This document shows positions 62,870 through 64,000 of a stretch of 64,000 nt of DNA, in pieces (the first letter of the stretch is position 1; each line of letters opens with the position of its first letter). Both the position numbers and the translations under genes were made by a program. Below the pieces are notes generated by a model. It was not told the DNA's origin and did no database searches. It saw only the letters and a program-made list of their open reading frames with translations. The stretch is from Catajapyx aquilonaris (Eukaryota), in the NCBI GenBank assembly GCA_000934665.2, contig KZ538831.1:1-64000 (forward strand). The letters are read 5' to 3'.

Positions 62870-63417
62870 TGAAGAACAGTGTCATATATACTGTATAGGA
62901 CTCTAGGCATATCTAGGTTAATTCCTATTGCCAACTCTATAAACTCTGCAAAATATTCTACCCTCCTAAAATGCAGCTTGACTCTGGTTCAATTCGTGCC
63001 AAAAAAGCGAGAAAAGGTGCTGCCTTTGTGCAAAGGAAAGGTCAAGAGATTCCAATTCATGCTCGCGAATGAAGTAGAAGCCGAGGCCGCAAAGTATAAG
63101 AGACGCGTCAGAAGCAGCGGGTCCTAACAAGCGTCTCTGGTGTAGCAGGACGCAGAGCCGAAGCTTCTTCCTAACGAGATGTACACACGCCGAGCAAACG
63201 GCAGGTCCTCCCTAGTAAAATTGCTTTATTCAAGTGACCAAGTCCCTAGGGGACATGTCTTCCTGGAGAAAATGTCTCCTTCTTACCCCCTCACGCTGTT
63301 GCTTCGTCTCGCTCGACCGCTTCCTCGCTCGGGTTGCCCTACCACACAAAAGCTTCTCAGGAAATTCGGCTAAGAAGTACAGTGTACATATAGCCACTTT
63401 TAGTCTAAAACACACTA

Positions 63418-63522
63418 TGCACGGAGACCAGTACGTACTGCACGGGGACGAGTATGTACTGGACGGAGACCAGTACGTACTGCACGGAGACCAGTACGTA
63501 CTGCACGGGGACCAGTACGTAC
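63418..63522. repeat. 21-bp minisatellite x5
   Basis: TGCACGGAGACCAGTACGTAC at 63418, 63439, 63460, 63481, 63502. Confidence 0.93.
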
Positions 63523-64000
63523 GGGTAACGCTTGGACACAAGTTTCATCCTGTACTCATATGCAACCTCATACTTGCACAGGGTGTGACATAACATGCAG
63601 GAGCTGTGGAATATTGATTCGCAAGAGCTTATTACTCATGAAGCCATTTAATCCTGGGGCGTATAAAGACCTGTATGGGAGTGTGTGTGGGGGTGGCGTG
63701 GGTGGGGAGGGACGCAGCAGTTAGAAGGGGATAGTTGATAGTGGATGGGTCCGAACAGGGTGTTGATGCCGGTGGAATAAAAAGTAATTATGTAGCCGGA
63801 GTGGGGAGTGATTGGAGGGTATAGTACACCGAGAGCGAGCACAATGTATGCGTGGACAAAGGGCAGCAGATGGGGACTACGGACTATAATAGGCCTAGAA
63901 GGCTCGTAAATCAATCGGAGGACAATGGGAATGGCAGGCCCCATGTCCACTAGCTCGTCATTATGGCCATATTTGTACCCGCCCAAAAGGCCGCCACATT

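Noticed and set aside
63234..63593. ORF with HGDQYVL repeats
   Set aside because: A 21-bp minisatellite open in several frames on both strands; no independent evidence of coding.
1..64000. ORFs in the six-frame track
   Set aside because: All 190 aa or shorter, no recognisable domain (no transposase, reverse transcriptase or homeodomain), many with non-ATG starts or inside repeats.

Overview
Eukaryotic, non-coding 64-kb window. It is probably from an invertebrate; internal (TTAGG)n tracts and Lep1-like Helitrons hint at an arthropod, but this is inference. I can support no protein-coding gene: the ORF track is short chance ORFs plus translated repeats. About 15 small foldback or TIR elements (MITE-like) of several DNA-transposon types are present, with three non-autonomous Helitrons, three tRNA-derived SINE groups (Nin/Deu-like, V-like, one other), mini- and microsatellites and one assembly gap. 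These lie among unique, motif-rich sequence resembling a large intron or gene desert, with a possible promoter and spliced non-coding exons on the minus strand near 8.0-9.2 kb. The strongest signal is evidence that inverted repeats are both created de novo and homogenised here: a hairpin whose ancestral state is visible in sibling Helitrons (232-279), an A-L-A'-L' template-switch signature (23006-23170), and foldbacks with perfect inner but diverged outer arms, one with the boundary exactly at a SINE insertion (44871-45981). All alignments were made by eye and superfamily calls rest on terminal motifs only.
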